The notes under the pieces are model-generated. The model ran no database searches, had not been told where the DNA came from, and saw nothing but the letters and a program-made list of their open reading frames with translations. The position numbers and the translations under genes are program-made. A stretch of 64,000 nucleotides of DNA. Source: the human T2T-CHM13v2.0 reference genome, Homo sapiens. Positions 1-12,951 of this stretch are shown here, in pieces (position 1 is the first letter of the stretch; the number at the start of each line of letters is the position of its first letter). The stretch lies in assembly GCF_009914755.1 (NCBI RefSeq), contig NC_060929.1, one strand, 5' to 3'.

Positions 1-992
1 CTTTCTCTTCATAAATTACCCAATCTTGGATATTTCTTCATAGAAGTATGAAAATAGACAAATACAGTAAATTGATACTGCAGAGAGTGGGGTGCTGCTG
101 TAAAGATACCTAAAAATGTAGAAGCAACTTTGGAACTGGGTAACAGGCAGAGGTTGGAACAGTTTGGAGGGCTCAGAAGAAGACAGGAAAATGTGGGAAA
201 GTTTGGAACTTCCTAGAGATTTGTTGAATGGCTTTGACCGAAATTCTGATACTAATATGGATGATAAAGTTTAGGCTGAGATGGTCTCAGATGGAAATGA
301 GGAACTTGTTGAGAACTGGAGGAAGGGTGATTCTTGCTACAGGCACCAAAACATGGTGCCTGTAGTCCCAATGTTTTGGCCAATTTCTCCCATTTGGAAT
401 GGGTGTCTTTACCTAATGCCTGCACCCCCATTGTAGCTAGGAAGTAACTAACTTGCTTTTGATTTTACAGGCTCATAGGCAGAAGGGACTTGCCTTGTCT
501 CAGATAAGCCTTTGGACTGTGGACTTTTGAGTTAATGCTGGAATGAGTTAAGACTTTGGGGGACTGTTGGGAAGAGATCATTGGTTTTGAAATGTGAGGA
601 CATGAGATTTGAGAGGTGCCAGGGGTGGAATTATATGGTTTGGGTGTGTCCCCACCCAAATCTCATCTTGAATTGTAGTTCCCATAATTCCCATGTGTTG
701 TGGGAGGGACCCAGTGGGAGGTAATTGAATTATGGTGGCAGATTTTTCCCGTGCTGTTTCCATGATAGTGAATAAGTCTCATAAGATCTGATGGTTTTAT
801 AAAGGGCAGTTCCCCTGCATATGTTCTCTTGCCTGCCTCCATGTAAGATGTGCCTTTGCTCCTCCTTTGCTTCTACCATGATTGTGAGGCCTCCCCAGCT
901 ATGTGGAACTATGAGTCCATTAAATCTCTTTTTCTTTATAAATTACCAGCCTTGGGTATTTCTTCATATTAGTATAAAAATGGACTAATACA
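1..992 (+). mobile_element. THE1 (MaLR) element: 3' end of 5' LTR (1-66), internally deleted internal region (67-630), complete 3' LTR (631-992)
   Basis: Both LTRs end in the THE1C/D-type tail (...atttcttcatag.agtatgaaaat.gac.aataca). The second starts (t)tatatggtttgggtgtgtccccacccaaatctcatcttgaattgtag. The internal part has the THE1-int signature gcaactttggaactgggtaacaggcagagg. Confidence 0.85.
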
Positions 993-3900
993 CTGCCTTT
1001 GCTGTATCCCAGAGGTTTTGATAGGGTATGTCACTATTATTGTTCAGTTCAAAGATCCTTTTAATATTCATCTTGATTTCATTGTTGACCCAATGATCAT
1101 TCAAGAGCAAGTTATTTAATTTCCATCTATTTTTATCATCGTGAGGGTTCTGTTTGGAGTCAATTTTCAATTTTATTCCACTGTCATCTGAGAGAGTATT
1201 TGATATAATTTCAATTTTCCTAAATTTATTGAGACTTGTTTTGTGACCTTTTATATGGTCTATCTTGGAGAATGTTCTATGTGCTGATGAATAGACTGTC
1301 TATTCTGCAGTTATTGGGTGGAATGTTCTGTAACTATCTGTTAAGTCCATTTGTTCTAGCGTATAATTTAAGTCCATTGTTTCTTTATTGACTTTATCTC
1401 TATGACCTGTTTAGTGCTGTCAGCGGAGTATTGAGGTCCCCCACTATTATTGTGTTGCTGTCTATCTCATTTCTTAGGTCTAGTAGTAATGTTTATAAGT
1501 TTGGGAGCTCCAGTGTTAGGTGTGTATGTATTTAGGATTGTGATATTTTTCTGTTGGACAAGTCCTTTTATCATTATATAATGTCCCTCTTTGTCTTTTT
1601 TAACTGCTGTTGCTTTAAAGTTTGTTTTATCTGATATAAGAATAGCTACTCCTGCTCGCTTTTCATGTCCATTTGCATGAAATATCTTTTTGCACACCTT
1701 TACCTTAAGTTTATGTGAGTCCTTATGTGTTTGGTGAGTCTCTTGAAGACAGTGGATACTTGGTTGATGAATTGTTATCCATTCTGCCATTCTGTATCTT
1801 TTAAGTGGAGCATTTAGGCCATTTACATTCAATGTTAGTATTGAGATGTGAGGTACTATTTGATTCACTGTGCTAGCTGTTGACTGAATACTTCATTTTG
1901 TTGTTGTTGTTGTTTTATTGTGCTATTGTTTCATAGGTCCTGTGAGATTTATGCTTAAGGGGGTTCTGTTTTGGAGTACTTCAAGGATTTAAGATTTAAA
2001 GCTCCTTTTAGCAGTTCTTGTAGTGCTGGCTTGGTAGTGGCACATTCTCTCAGCATTTGTTTATCTGAAAAAGACTGTATATTTCCTTCATTCATGAAGC
2101 TTAGTTTTCCTGGATACAAAATTCTTGCCTGATAATCGTTTTGTTTAAGGAGGCTAAAGATAGGACCCTAATTCCTTCTAGCTTGTAGGGCTTCTGTTAA
2201 TAAATCTGCTGTTAATCTGATAGGTTTTCCTTTACAGGTTACCTGATGCTTTTGCCTCACAACTCCTAAGATTTTTTCCTTCATCTTGACTGTAGATAAT
2301 CTGATGACTATGTGTCTAGGTGGTGATCTTTTTATGATGAATTTCCTGGGTCATCTTTGAGTTTCTTGTATTTGGATGTCTAGATCTCTAGCAAAGTCAG
2401 GGAAATTTTCCTTGATTATTCCCTCAAATATGTTTTCCAAACTTTTAGAATTCTTTTCTTCCTCAGGAACACCAATTATTCTTAGGTTTGGTCATTTAAC
2501 ATAATTTCAAACTTCTCGGAGGCTTCATTTTTTTTTATTCTTTTTTGTTTGTCTCTGTCAAATTGGGTTAATTCGGAAGCCTTGTCTTTGAATTCTTTCT
2601 TCTGCTTGTTTGATTCTATTGTTGAGACTTTCCAGTGTATTTTTCATTTCTCTCAGTGTGTCCTTCATTTCCACAAGTTGTGATTTTTTTTTTTTTTTTT
2701 TTTACTTATACTATCTATTTCTCTGGAGACTTTTCCACCCATATCTTTTAACTTTTTTTTTTTATTATTTCTTTAGTTGGTATTCACCTTTCTCTGGTGC
2801 CTCCTTGAGTAGTTTAATATTTGACCTTCTGAATTCTTTTTCTGGCAATTCAGAATTTCTTCTGGGTTTGGATCCATTGTTGGTGCACTAATGTGATGTC
2901 TTGGGGGTGTTAAAGAACTCTGTTTTGTCATGTTACCAGAATTGTTTTTCTGGTTCCTTCTCATTTGTGTAGATTATGTCAGAGGGAAGATCTAGGGCTC
3001 AAGGGCTGTCATTCAGATTCTTTCATCCCATGGGGTGCTCCCTTGATGTGGTACTCTCCCCATTTTCCCTAGGGATGGGGCTTTCTGAGAGCCAAACTGC
3101 AATGATTGCAATGATTGTTATTTCTCTTCTGGGTCTAGCCACTCAATGGAGCTACCAAGCTCCAGGGTGGTACTGAGGAGTGCCTGCAAAGAGTCCTGTG
3201 ACATGATCCATCTTCAGGTCTCTCTCTCTGCTAATAAATCTGCTGTTAATCTGATAGGCTTTCCTTTACAGGTTACCTAATGCTTTTGCCTCACAGCTCC
3301 TAAGATTTTTTCCTTCATCTTGACTGTAGATAATCTGATGACTATGTGCCTAGGTGGTGATCTTTTTGTGATGAATTTCCTGGGTGTTCTTTGAGTTTCT
3401 TGTATTTGGATGTCTAGATTTCTGGCACAGCACCTACTCTGGTGGAGGTAACAGGAGAGTGAAGTGGACTCTGTGAGGGTCCTTGGTTATAGTTTTATTT
3501 AGTGTGCTGGTTTAGCATTGGTTAGCCTCCAGCTAGGAGGTGGCCCTTTCAAGAAAACACCAGCTGCTTGGTATAGGGAGGATACGAGCTTGCCCTGGGG
3601 TCATCTGGATAAGTATTTGGCTTTCTCAGGTAGTGGGTGGGGCCATAGAGCTCCCAAGAGATTATGTCCTTTGTCTTCAGCTACCAGGATGAGTAGAGAA
3701 GGACCATCAGGTGGGGCCAGGTTTAGGTGTGTCTGAGCTCAGGCTCCCCTTGGGCAGGGTTTGCTGCAGCTGCTGTGGAGGATAGAGGTTCTCAGGAGAA
3801 TGGAGTTATGTTTCCAGGGGGATTATGGCTGCTTCTGCTGTGTCATACAGGTCACCAGGGAAGTGGGGGAAAGCCAGCAGTGACAGGCCTCACCCAGTTA

Positions 3901-4635
3901 CCAAGCAATGTGAAAGGTCGGTCTCACTCCCACCATGCCCCCCAACAGCAATGAGTTAATTTCCAGGCAGCCCGTGAGCAGGGCTGAGATCTGGCCTCAG
4001 GCTACAGGCGTCCCCGCCAAAAAAGCAAGCAGGGCTTTCAGGTTTCATACATCTCAGCCTGCCATGGCTTCTGTGCTTTATCTGCACTCATCGTTCACCC
4101 CCCTCCCCCAGACTCTGTCCAGGAAACTTCATGTTCAGTTGAAATTGTTACAAAGTTCTGCTGAAAGTTTCCTTCTCCCTGTGGTCTATCCCCAATTCCA
4201 CTGGCAGCCCTCCCCAAGGATTCCTGCAAGACAGTCAGAAATGGCTTCCCTGGGGACCGAGAGTGCCCACAGAGCTCTTCCTGCTGCTTCTCCTACCCCT
4301 ATATTTCACTCAGTTCTCTAAATTCATCTCAGCTTCAGGTGAGTCAAATCCTTCTTCTGTGATCTGGACCTGCAAGTTTCCCAGTGAGGACGTGTGTTCA
4401 GGGGTGGACATACCCCCTGTCACACTTTGGGTACTAACAGTTTTTCAGTTGCTTCATAGAGCCTGTGGCAGTAAGCTGCCTCTTTCAGTGGGTCTGTGGA
4501 TTCTCTCAGCTTTCCTGGTATGTTCCTGTGGTAGTTCTTGGAGCAAAAGTTCATGTTGTGATTCTCCACACACTGCTCTGTTTATCTGAGTGGGAGCTGC
4601 AAGTTAGTCCTGTGTCCTATTTGCCATTTTCCTAT
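993..4635 (-). mobile_element. Old primate LINE-1 (L1PB-like): 5'UTR, degenerate ORF1 and start of ORF2
   Basis: ORF 1467-1868(-) encodes an L1 endonuclease N-terminus (HISILTLNVNGLNAPLKR...DKEGHYIMIKG). ORF 2773-2964(-) is the ORF1 start (MRRNQKNNSGNMTKQ). An L1PB-type 5' end lies near 4590-4635. Confidence 0.85.
3227..3427. repeat. 201-bp dispersed direct duplicate of 2193-2393 (L1 ORF1 segment copied into the element's own 5'UTR)
   Basis: Manual ungapped alignment gives about 10 mismatches in 201 bp. Confidence 0.9.
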
Positions 4636-5574
4636 ATCAGAACTTTCTTTTTTATATCCCCAGTGATCATTTTCTGAGCTTCATCCATAGGACTGTGAAA
4701 AGTCCATCTCTACCTTGTCTCCCACTTGCCAAGAACCAAGGCAAAGAACCCAGGAAGACTGCTTATGTGTTCTGCAAGTCTGCCTAGGTGGTCACTTGCC
4801 CTTATGCCAACCACATAAGCTTTGAATGGATCACCTTAGACTGCCTAAAAACTTGAGTTTACAATGCACAGTCATATAACTCTCCTTTTCCCATTTTTCT
4901 CTCCCACAACAGTCCACCCTAGGCATGGATTCAAATCACTTCTTTCATTCCCCCAAACACAGCTAAATTCAGGCAGTAGTGTTTAATAAAACTTAACACC
5001 CAGAGGAGTGACACACAGGGCTGCTTCTCTTGCTACTAGTCTTGGCTACCCTTCAGGCTCACAACTAGAGGATCTTTGCCCAACTTGTTCCATAGGGATG
5101 GCCCAGCCCCACCCAGACATCTGCATAGTCCAGAGTCCAGCCCTCCAATTGCCTTAACCGAAGAGTAGGTGAGTCCTTCCCTTCTACAGCCTAAGGTCCA
5201 AAGCTTGTTCACTGACACAGGGGGCATTTGTTTCCTTTAGAGAAGAAAAGACATCATTTCTAGTCACAAGGTGAGGTCTGATCTTCTTGGGACCAGTCCA
5301 AGTTATCACAACAGTTCCATGAAAGCCCACAGGGGATTGGAGTCAGGAAGTGGGACAAGAAGCCTAGATCTTGCACTCACAAAGGACATCAAACTTAGGC
5401 TTTTACAACATCTCAGGTTACACAGTCTTTTCTTGTGTTAAAATATTAAGCTTCTAATTAACTATGTATATTATAACAATATCATCTTGTAATTCAATTT
5501 TGGCATATTTTCATTATATGTATACATCATTATATTATCTATTTCTTTATCTTTATCTTTCTGTCTATATCAGG

Positions 5575-5607
5575 ATGACTTCTCAGCCTTTTGGCTAAGA
5601 TCAAGTG
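5575..5607 (+). pseudogene. 3'-truncated U2 snRNA retropseudogene (U2 nt 1-33)
   Basis: atgacttctcagccttttggctaagatcaagtg vs U2 ATCGCTTCTCGGCCTTTTGGCTAAGATCAAGTG (30/33). Flanked by an imperfect 14-bp direct repeat at 5561-5574 and 5609-5622. Confidence 0.85.
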
Positions 5608-5859
5608 CCTATCTGTATCAGGAGCATTAGGAAAAAAATTGAAGGAAGCCCAGGCCTTTTTTGATCTATGAAAAGCCCCAGTTGACAGTGAATTTTCCAT
5701 ATTTAGTAAAAAACAATTATGCATTCTTCAAGGTCTTAGTCTTATTAAAGATATGCTCAACTCACCTTTTTAATATTTTCTATTTCAGTCTCTGTTATCT
5801 GCATTCAGTTTGGTGGAAACAGTTCCAGTTTTCTCCAGAAATTTGTTTTTAAAATAGGT

Positions 5860-6470
5860 ATTTAAATTAAAATGCTCATCCTGATAGCTTCCTCTAGAAA
5901 CTTTATGGAAGCCTTGTCTTTGGAAACTGACATTTTCTGTTCTACCCTGGATGGGTGCATGCCTTCTTCCTCTATACTCTCTCTCCTTGGGTGATTTCAC
6001 ATGTTCTTATTCATTTAGTAACCAATCCAGTCCCAGCTTGTAAGACCCACATACCTGTTTCCCCCTGCCTGTTTGACCTCTGCACCTGGATATCAGAAAG
6101 GCAACATGTCCATGAGAATTCTCTTAGTCTTGCACCATAATCTTTCTTTTCCCAGTCTTTCCATTGTAGTAAATTCCTATTAGCTTCCTAGGATGAAGTT
6201 ATTTTTGAAACTACATTTTCCCTTCCCTCTAACTCCATCCAGTCCATCACCACATCCTGATTATAATTCTACTCTTTAAATAAAACTCAGATCAGGACTT
6301 CTCTCCATCCCCACAATTACCACTGCTAAGCTGCTCCCCCTTCCACCTAGACTACTTCAGTAACATTTTTCTAGGTTCCCAGCTCACACCATGGTTGCCT
6401 TACAATCTTTCACCACACAGCAATTAGTATGATCTTTACACAGTTTAAATTGGATTCCATAATGTTCCTG
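5860..6470 (+). mobile_element. Degenerate L2 fragment (resumes about 6970-7140 after the LTR)
   Basis: L2-like motifs (tccatccagtccatcaccacatcctg, ccacacagcaattagtatgatcttt). Boundaries approximate. Confidence 0.5.
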
Positions 6471-6475
6471 CTATC

Positions 6476-6970
6476 TTAATTTAGACTCTCCCCAAATCAG
6501 ATCCAGAACCAAAAATTCAAGTGAAAGTAGTTTATTTGGAAGATGACCTCAGATAACACAAGTGGAGTGGAGAAGTGAGATAGAGAAGGGAAGAAATCTA
6601 ATAAAGGGTGTATTGTCAAGCAAGTTTCCACTCTGCCAACTAAAGGTTTATCTCTAAACTCCAGGAAATAGAGTAAGCACACATCAGAGTTGCTCTGCCA
6701 AAGAAGCAAGGTAGCCAGGATATTTATACATCAACTCCCATCAGTGATTGCTTATAAGGTCCCCTGAGACCTTATAAGGTTGAGAGTGGAGGGTTAAATT
6801 TCCACCACCTCTAGGCTGCCCCACAGCATGCAAGGAAGGTTCTGACTGCCACAGAAAGGCCTTGGGGAAAACAGTCTCCAGAGCTGATACTTGAAAGTCA
6901 AGCTAGCAAACAGGGAAATGGCACGTGCTAAGGTGAGATGTGCAGGGTACCAACAGCATCTACTGCACCT
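6476..6970 (-). mobile_element. Ancient ERVL-class solo LTR (LTR33/LTR16-like)
   Basis: Reverse-complemented LTR 3' end (aagtagtttatttggaagatgacctcag...gtgagatagagaagggaag). Subfamily uncertain. Confidence 0.55.
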
Positions 6971-7539
6971 ACATAAATCCCTCTGGTGGCTTCCTGTTGT
7001 GCTGTAAGTGCAATCCAAATTCTCAAGCATGGCCTCCTAGGCTCTTTCCACAGTCTTTTCATGTGTCTCTCCCTCAAGTATAGTCTCCCATGCACAGCTG
7101 ACTTTGGTTCTTTGCTCTTTGCCTGCTAGAAGGATCTGCCTAAATCTATCAGCCAAATTTTCTTTGGAGTTGGAGTAAGATAACCTTCAATCATTTCCAG
7201 GCATATTCACTTGTCCTGTCTTCTTCTTCTTTAAAAAAAACTGTTCTTCTGCTGGAACCCATGAAGACAAACTTGAATTTAGTAAAATCCCTCTCTCACT
7301 ACCTCCAGAACTGACAATGCAGATGACCTGCAGAAGAAGCTGATATCTTTTGCTATAGAGCTACACATGTGCCTGGCCCAGGACTCAAAAAAAGCTAAAG
7401 AAAGATATGCAGTAGAAAGTGGAAGAGCTAAAATCCCAGCTGCTGCCCAATGCCAATAAAGTAGCATGGAGGTCACTTAAAATGTGAGCAAGATACAACT
7501 GCCTCTTGCCATACACAGAAATGGTTGCCATTTCATTTC

Positions 7540-9090
7540 CACCTGTGCACCCCTTAAGTCCTTGGTGATGACACTAACTTCTGCAGGATTCCTCCAAGTA
7601 TATGGTATGACTTTTGGTTTACTATTTTGGTGGGGAGAAGCCACTCTACTAGCTTCCACTTGGGCTTCTACAGTAGCCCTCACTCCATGGACCAGGGAAC
7701 CAATAGAGGAATTCTGCCCATTGTTGAGTAATTCAATTATGCATTCTGTAACTGAGTAAATAACCACAGTGTGGTTTAGGGGACACACTAAGCCCACCAT
7801 ATGACAGAGCTTAGCCAAAATTTCATTGATCACCTGATGTCCATAAGCTTCTATTCTGATTAGTGGCCCACAATGCAATGTTGGGCCTTTAGGAATTAGT
7901 GTCAATTCAGAGCCAAAGTCTAGCTATTTCTTCTCCTCTATTCCCAGTCACACTGGCAAATGAATGCAAGTTCTTTTGGTGAAAGCTAAAGAGAATGATT
8001 ACAATACAAATTTTTGGCTGTTTTTCACAGTTCTTCCTTGAAGGTACCTGGCCTCCCTTTCATCCAAGGGACTCCGCATCTATAAACTGGTTCAAATCTG
8101 GTAATTATTTGAGGGACAACATCTCTGTTACTGTGATTCAAGTTAGATCTCTGTTCACAAAGTTTAGTGACTTTTTTGCTTGTACATATCAAGTAAGACC
8201 TTACAAGGTTGTCCACCTATTTCAGTCCTAGAAACAATGGTCAATTAGCACTGAAGTCATAGGTCAAACCATTCTGATCATTGCTTCCACTTTGCTGCAT
8301 ACTGTCATGCCTTTCCTACTTCACCTCTGCTAATTCAGGGCCTCCACTGGGCCCCTGCCACCCTGAAATCCCATTATCTTCATTGAATTCAAGGAGTCTA
8401 GGTCAATGACAGCAGTTCCCACTTGCATTCCTGGCCTACTGATAACAACTCCACAGAGGTCTTCAAAGATGCCCAGGGTCCCCTCATGAATGTATTTCTT
8501 GCTGCCTTGTTGAAAGAGTATACACAGTTAGGGATGAGTAAGCAGATCTTACGTGGTAAATCTACTTTACCATGCCTATCATCCTAAGCATCTGGGTAGT
8601 GTCCCTTGTAGTATACTGAGACATTTCTAAAATTTCTGGCATTTCAGTTTAAATTTTGTCTAGGATACTTCTAGATCCATGTTTCAACCAACCAACAAGT
8701 ACACTGTTAGAGCCACTTCCTATAGCTTGAACTAATATACTAAATCTAGAATCTCTGCATGCTGTACTCATATCAACAAATGTGACCAGACCAACATTGC
8801 ATTTCTTCCACCATAATCCAGCACTTTTAGGATCCATTTCCATAAATGTTCTCAGTTTCCATCAACAACATTGATAAACTTGCAATTATTTTGGTGTATA
8901 CTGTACTTTCTTCACGTGTCACGCTTAAGTATTCCCAGACTCCCTGGGGCCTGCCAGGACTTTGTCTGATTATAGAGCCCCCTCTTTAAACAGGGGAGGT
9001 AGTCCTTAGGATGACCAAAAGCCCTTTGCAAGGCCCTAACCTCAGGGCAGAATGTCTTTAGGCAAGAAGAGGCTAACATCCTCAGATAGA
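7540..9090 (-). mobile_element. ERVL internal fragment (degenerate gag-pro-pol)
   Basis: ORF 7477-7905(-) TLIPKGPTLHCGPLIRIEAYGHQVINEILA...HTVVIYSVTECII resembles the ERVL protease/RT junction (TLIPGDPKRHCGPPVKVGAYGGQVINGVLA). Confidence 0.75.
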
Positions 9091-10077
9091 GAAGAACCTA
9101 ATTTTTTTAAGATATGGAGAAAAGATTTTTCACAATTCAAAGACAGTTTGAGGATACTTTAGTGATCATTACGTTGAACAAACCACGATAATTGCTAATT
9201 TCAATGGAGACAAAACATTGTGCAAGAAAAAAAAAACAATTGCTATATACTGTATGGCTCAATTGTTAGTAAAGTCATTACAGCATAAATGCTAGAAATT
9301 GATCTTTCAAAAGTACAACAGAACCAAATGGGGAGGTGTTAGAATGTTACTAGAAGTGAAAGAGCAATGTGTGAGAAAAAGGGCTACTCACCTTCCACAG
9401 TAGGAACTGAAAAATAATGCCTAAAATGAAAACATAGAGTAGCAATATAAGCATATCAGCTAGAGTTATTGAGCTATATAGTAAAAGAATTGTTTAAAAC
9501 ATTTGAATGTGCCTATGGGCAGAAGAAATATAGAGGACCCAGCTATTGGGGAACTGAAATTTTCATGTTTTACTCTTCCACAAGTGCTTCTGATTTAATT
9601 GTTTTAAGATTGGCACTGGGCATCAGTATTTTTAAAAGGCTTCACCCTTGCTTTAATGTGCAGGTGGCTTTAAGCTAGATGCAGGTATAGGTTAGGCAAA
9701 AATAAAATATTTTAAAATGTCAATTCCCCTAGAGTTACACTTGGATATTCTACATGAGTGGATAGTTAGGGGAAACTTGTAAGTTACCTTTTAAGGATTT
9801 TTGGATTGCCTTCCTAAGAGGAAACCACCTGAATGTAGACTCCAATCAACAAGCCTGTTCTGTGCTCACACATGTGAAAGATTTGGGCTCAGCACTAAGA
9901 GCAAACAACCACGATGATGATACACGGCCTGTCCACAAGAGGATGACACCCTTTGAAATGAGATGAGAAATATACTGAAAGAGCCACAGCACTCCTTACA
10001 CAGGTACGTATGCCTTAAGAGATATGCTAATAGAGGGTTCTAAGATTGAGAGGGGAAAAAAATCACACCTGTTTCTT

Positions 10078-10402
10078 TTTCTTTTTTCTTTTTCCTTTTT
10101 CTTTTCTTTTTTTTTTTTTTGAGATGGAGTCTCTCTCTCTTGGCCAGGCTGGAGTGCAATGGTGCAATCTCGGCTCACTGCAACCCCTGCCTCCCAGGTT
10201 CAAGCAATTCTCCCTGCCTCAGCCTCCCGAGTAGCTGGGATTACAGGTGTCCACCACCACACCCAGCTAATGTTTGTATTTTTAGTAGAGATGGGGTTTC
10301 ACCGTTTGGCCAGGCTGGTCTCGAACTCCTGACTTCAAGTGATCCACCCACCTTGGCCTCCCAAAATGCTGGGATTACAGGCGTGAGTCACTGCCCCCAG
10401 CC
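10078..10402 (-). mobile_element. AluS
   Basis: Full dimeric Alu with T-rich tail. TSD acctgtttctt at 10067-10077 and 10404-10414. Confidence 0.95.
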
Positions 10403-10653
10403 TACCTGTTTCTTAAGAAATTAGGGAAGGCTTCCCAAAGAAGGTAGCATTTTGCCTTAAAGTACAGGTCAGATTGAAACACATTGAAATGAGGGAAAAG
10501 AGAAAACATTCACAAGAACATTTTTAGCAAAGGCACCAATCTGGGAAAACAGAGATTGACATGTGTGCATCCACAGTGATAAAACTTGACAATCAGATTA
10601 ATGAGTGAGGATGGGGAAGCAAGCGGTGGCTGATTTAAAACCAGACTATTGTG

Positions 10654-10982
<329 letters not shown>

Positions 10983-11280
10983 AAAACCAGACGATGGAGA
11001 AAGAAATCTTCTCTTTTTATTTTTCCACAAAGTAGATCCTCCTGAACAATACAATCAAATTATCCACCAGCCTAATTTTCCAGTAGAAATTTATATGGCA
11101 AGATTTTGGTAATATTTTAACAGTACACTGACATGGTATTTGACCATGATTGTGATGCCCCTCTCCTTGAAATTTTTAGATCCTGTTTGAGTAAACCATG
11201 GCCCATACTTTTAAGATAAGTGATCTAAAATATCTTTAAGTGTTTTTGGAAAAGAAGTCATTTGAAAAGGGATTTTTTTA

Positions 11281-11572
11281 GGCTGGGCACAGTGGCTCAC
11301 GCCTGTAATCCCAGCATGTTGGGAGGCCAAGGCGGGTGGATCACAAGGTCAGGAGATTAAGACCATCCTGCTTAACCAGGTGAAGCCCTATCTCTACTAA
11401 AAATACAAAAAATTAGCCAGGTGTGGTGGCACGTGCCTGTAGTCCCAGCTACTCGGGAGGCTCAGCAGGAGAATCGCTTGAACCTGGGAGGCTGAGGTTG
11501 CAGTGAGCTGAGATCGTGCCTCTGCACTTCAGTCTGAGCGACGGAGCGAGACTCCATCTCAAAAAAAAGAAA
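11281..11572 (+). mobile_element. AluS (Sc-like)
   Basis: Full Alu with A-tail. Flanking aaaagg(g)attttt repeat. Confidence 0.95.
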
Positions 11573-11748
11573 AAGGATTTTTTGGTTCCACAACACAGGC
11601 TTAGTTAAACAGTAGTATAAATTCTTACACATGATCTTGTGGTTCATTTTCAAGAACAGATTCAAAAAGTCAAGTACATTCTATGTGTGTTAGCATTCCA
11701 GCAGCAGTCTCCAAGGGTCACACTTGGGAACAAGTTCTCCTGGGGTCC

Positions 11749-12480
11749 TGTAACCACCCAACGTGTTGACCTTGCGCACCGCTTAGACAGAGCCAATTTA
11801 TCAGGAAAGGGAAATTGCAATGCAGAAAGAATCATTCACGCAGAGCCAGCTGTGCAGCAGACCTGGAGTTTTGTTATTCAAATCAGTCTCCCTGAGCATT
11901 CAGGGATCAGAGTTTTTAAAGATAATTTGGTGGGTAGGGGCTCAGGAAGTGGGGAGTGCTGATTGGTTAGGTTGGAGATAGAATCATAGTGGGGGTCAAA
12001 GTGAGGTTTGCTTGCTGTCTTCTGTTCCTGGGTAGGATTGCAGAACTGGTTGAGCCAGATTAATAGTCTGGGTGGTGTCAGCTGGTCCATCAAGTACAGG
12101 GTCTGCAAAATATTTCAAGCACCGATCTTCAGTTTTACAATATTGATGTTATCCCCATCAGCAATTTGGGGAGATTCAGACTCTTGCAGCCAGAGGCTGC
12201 ATGACTCTTAAACCATAATTTCTACTCTTGTAGCTAATTTGTTAGTCCTACGAAGGCAGACTGGTCCCAAGGCAAAAAGGGGTTTTTTTTGGGGAAAGGG
12301 CTGCTATCAATTTTGTTTCAGAGTCAAATCATAAACTGAATGCCTTCCCGAGGTTAGTTCAGCCTATGCCCAGGAGTGAGCAAGGACAGCTTAAAAGATA
12401 GAAGCAAGATGGGGTCAGTTAGGTCTGATCTCTTTCAAAGTCATAATTTCCTCATTTATAATTTTTCAAAGGCAGTTTCA
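11749..12480 (-). mobile_element. ERV1-class solo LTR (LTR8-like)
   Basis: TG...CA termini. The minus strand begins TGAAACTGCCTTTGAAAAATTATAAATGAGGAAATTATGAC, matching the LTR8 5' end as recalled. Confidence 0.75.
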
Positions 12481-12709
12481 GTTTCAGCTTGGGTCTCATG
12501 TTGGTTGGTACTCATGGCCTGATGTACCTCCAGAGCACATGACCCTCATAGTCCAACAATGAAGAGATATCACCTGTCAGGCTTCAATATCCCCTTCTCT
12601 GTATGTCTTTTACTTCCAATCGCAGTGTATGATAAACCATCATTGCAGATTAATTCTTTGAGATTTAAAATTTGTTTACATAGAGTGTTAGAACTAGAAT
12701 AAAATTTAG

Positions 12710-12890
12710 TCCAGAGGTTCTCAAACTTGAAAAAAAAATAGTATCACCTGGAAGAATGTTTGAAATGTAGATTCCTGGGCTCCTTTCCAATCCACTGAGA
12801 ATCAGAATCTGGGGTCTGAAGAGCGATGCAACCCGTATTTTTTAGCAAGCTCTAGTTGATTCTGATGTCACCGATTCAGTGTCTATCTTA
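12710..12890. mobile_element. MER5-type hAT-Charlie DNA transposon relic
   Basis: cagaggttctcaaactt...tcacctgga...tgtagattcctgggc...gaatcagaatct signature. Confidence 0.6.
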
Positions 12891-12951
12891 GAATATTCAA
12901 GAACCTCAATTCCTTCGTTATATAGATGAGGAACCTGAGACCCAGAAGCAT

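Noticed and set aside
10046-10424. Alu- and microsatellite-derived ORFs (also 16764-16969, 18761-19100, 50214-50453, 52775-53188)
   Set aside because: Translations of Alu or simple repeats.
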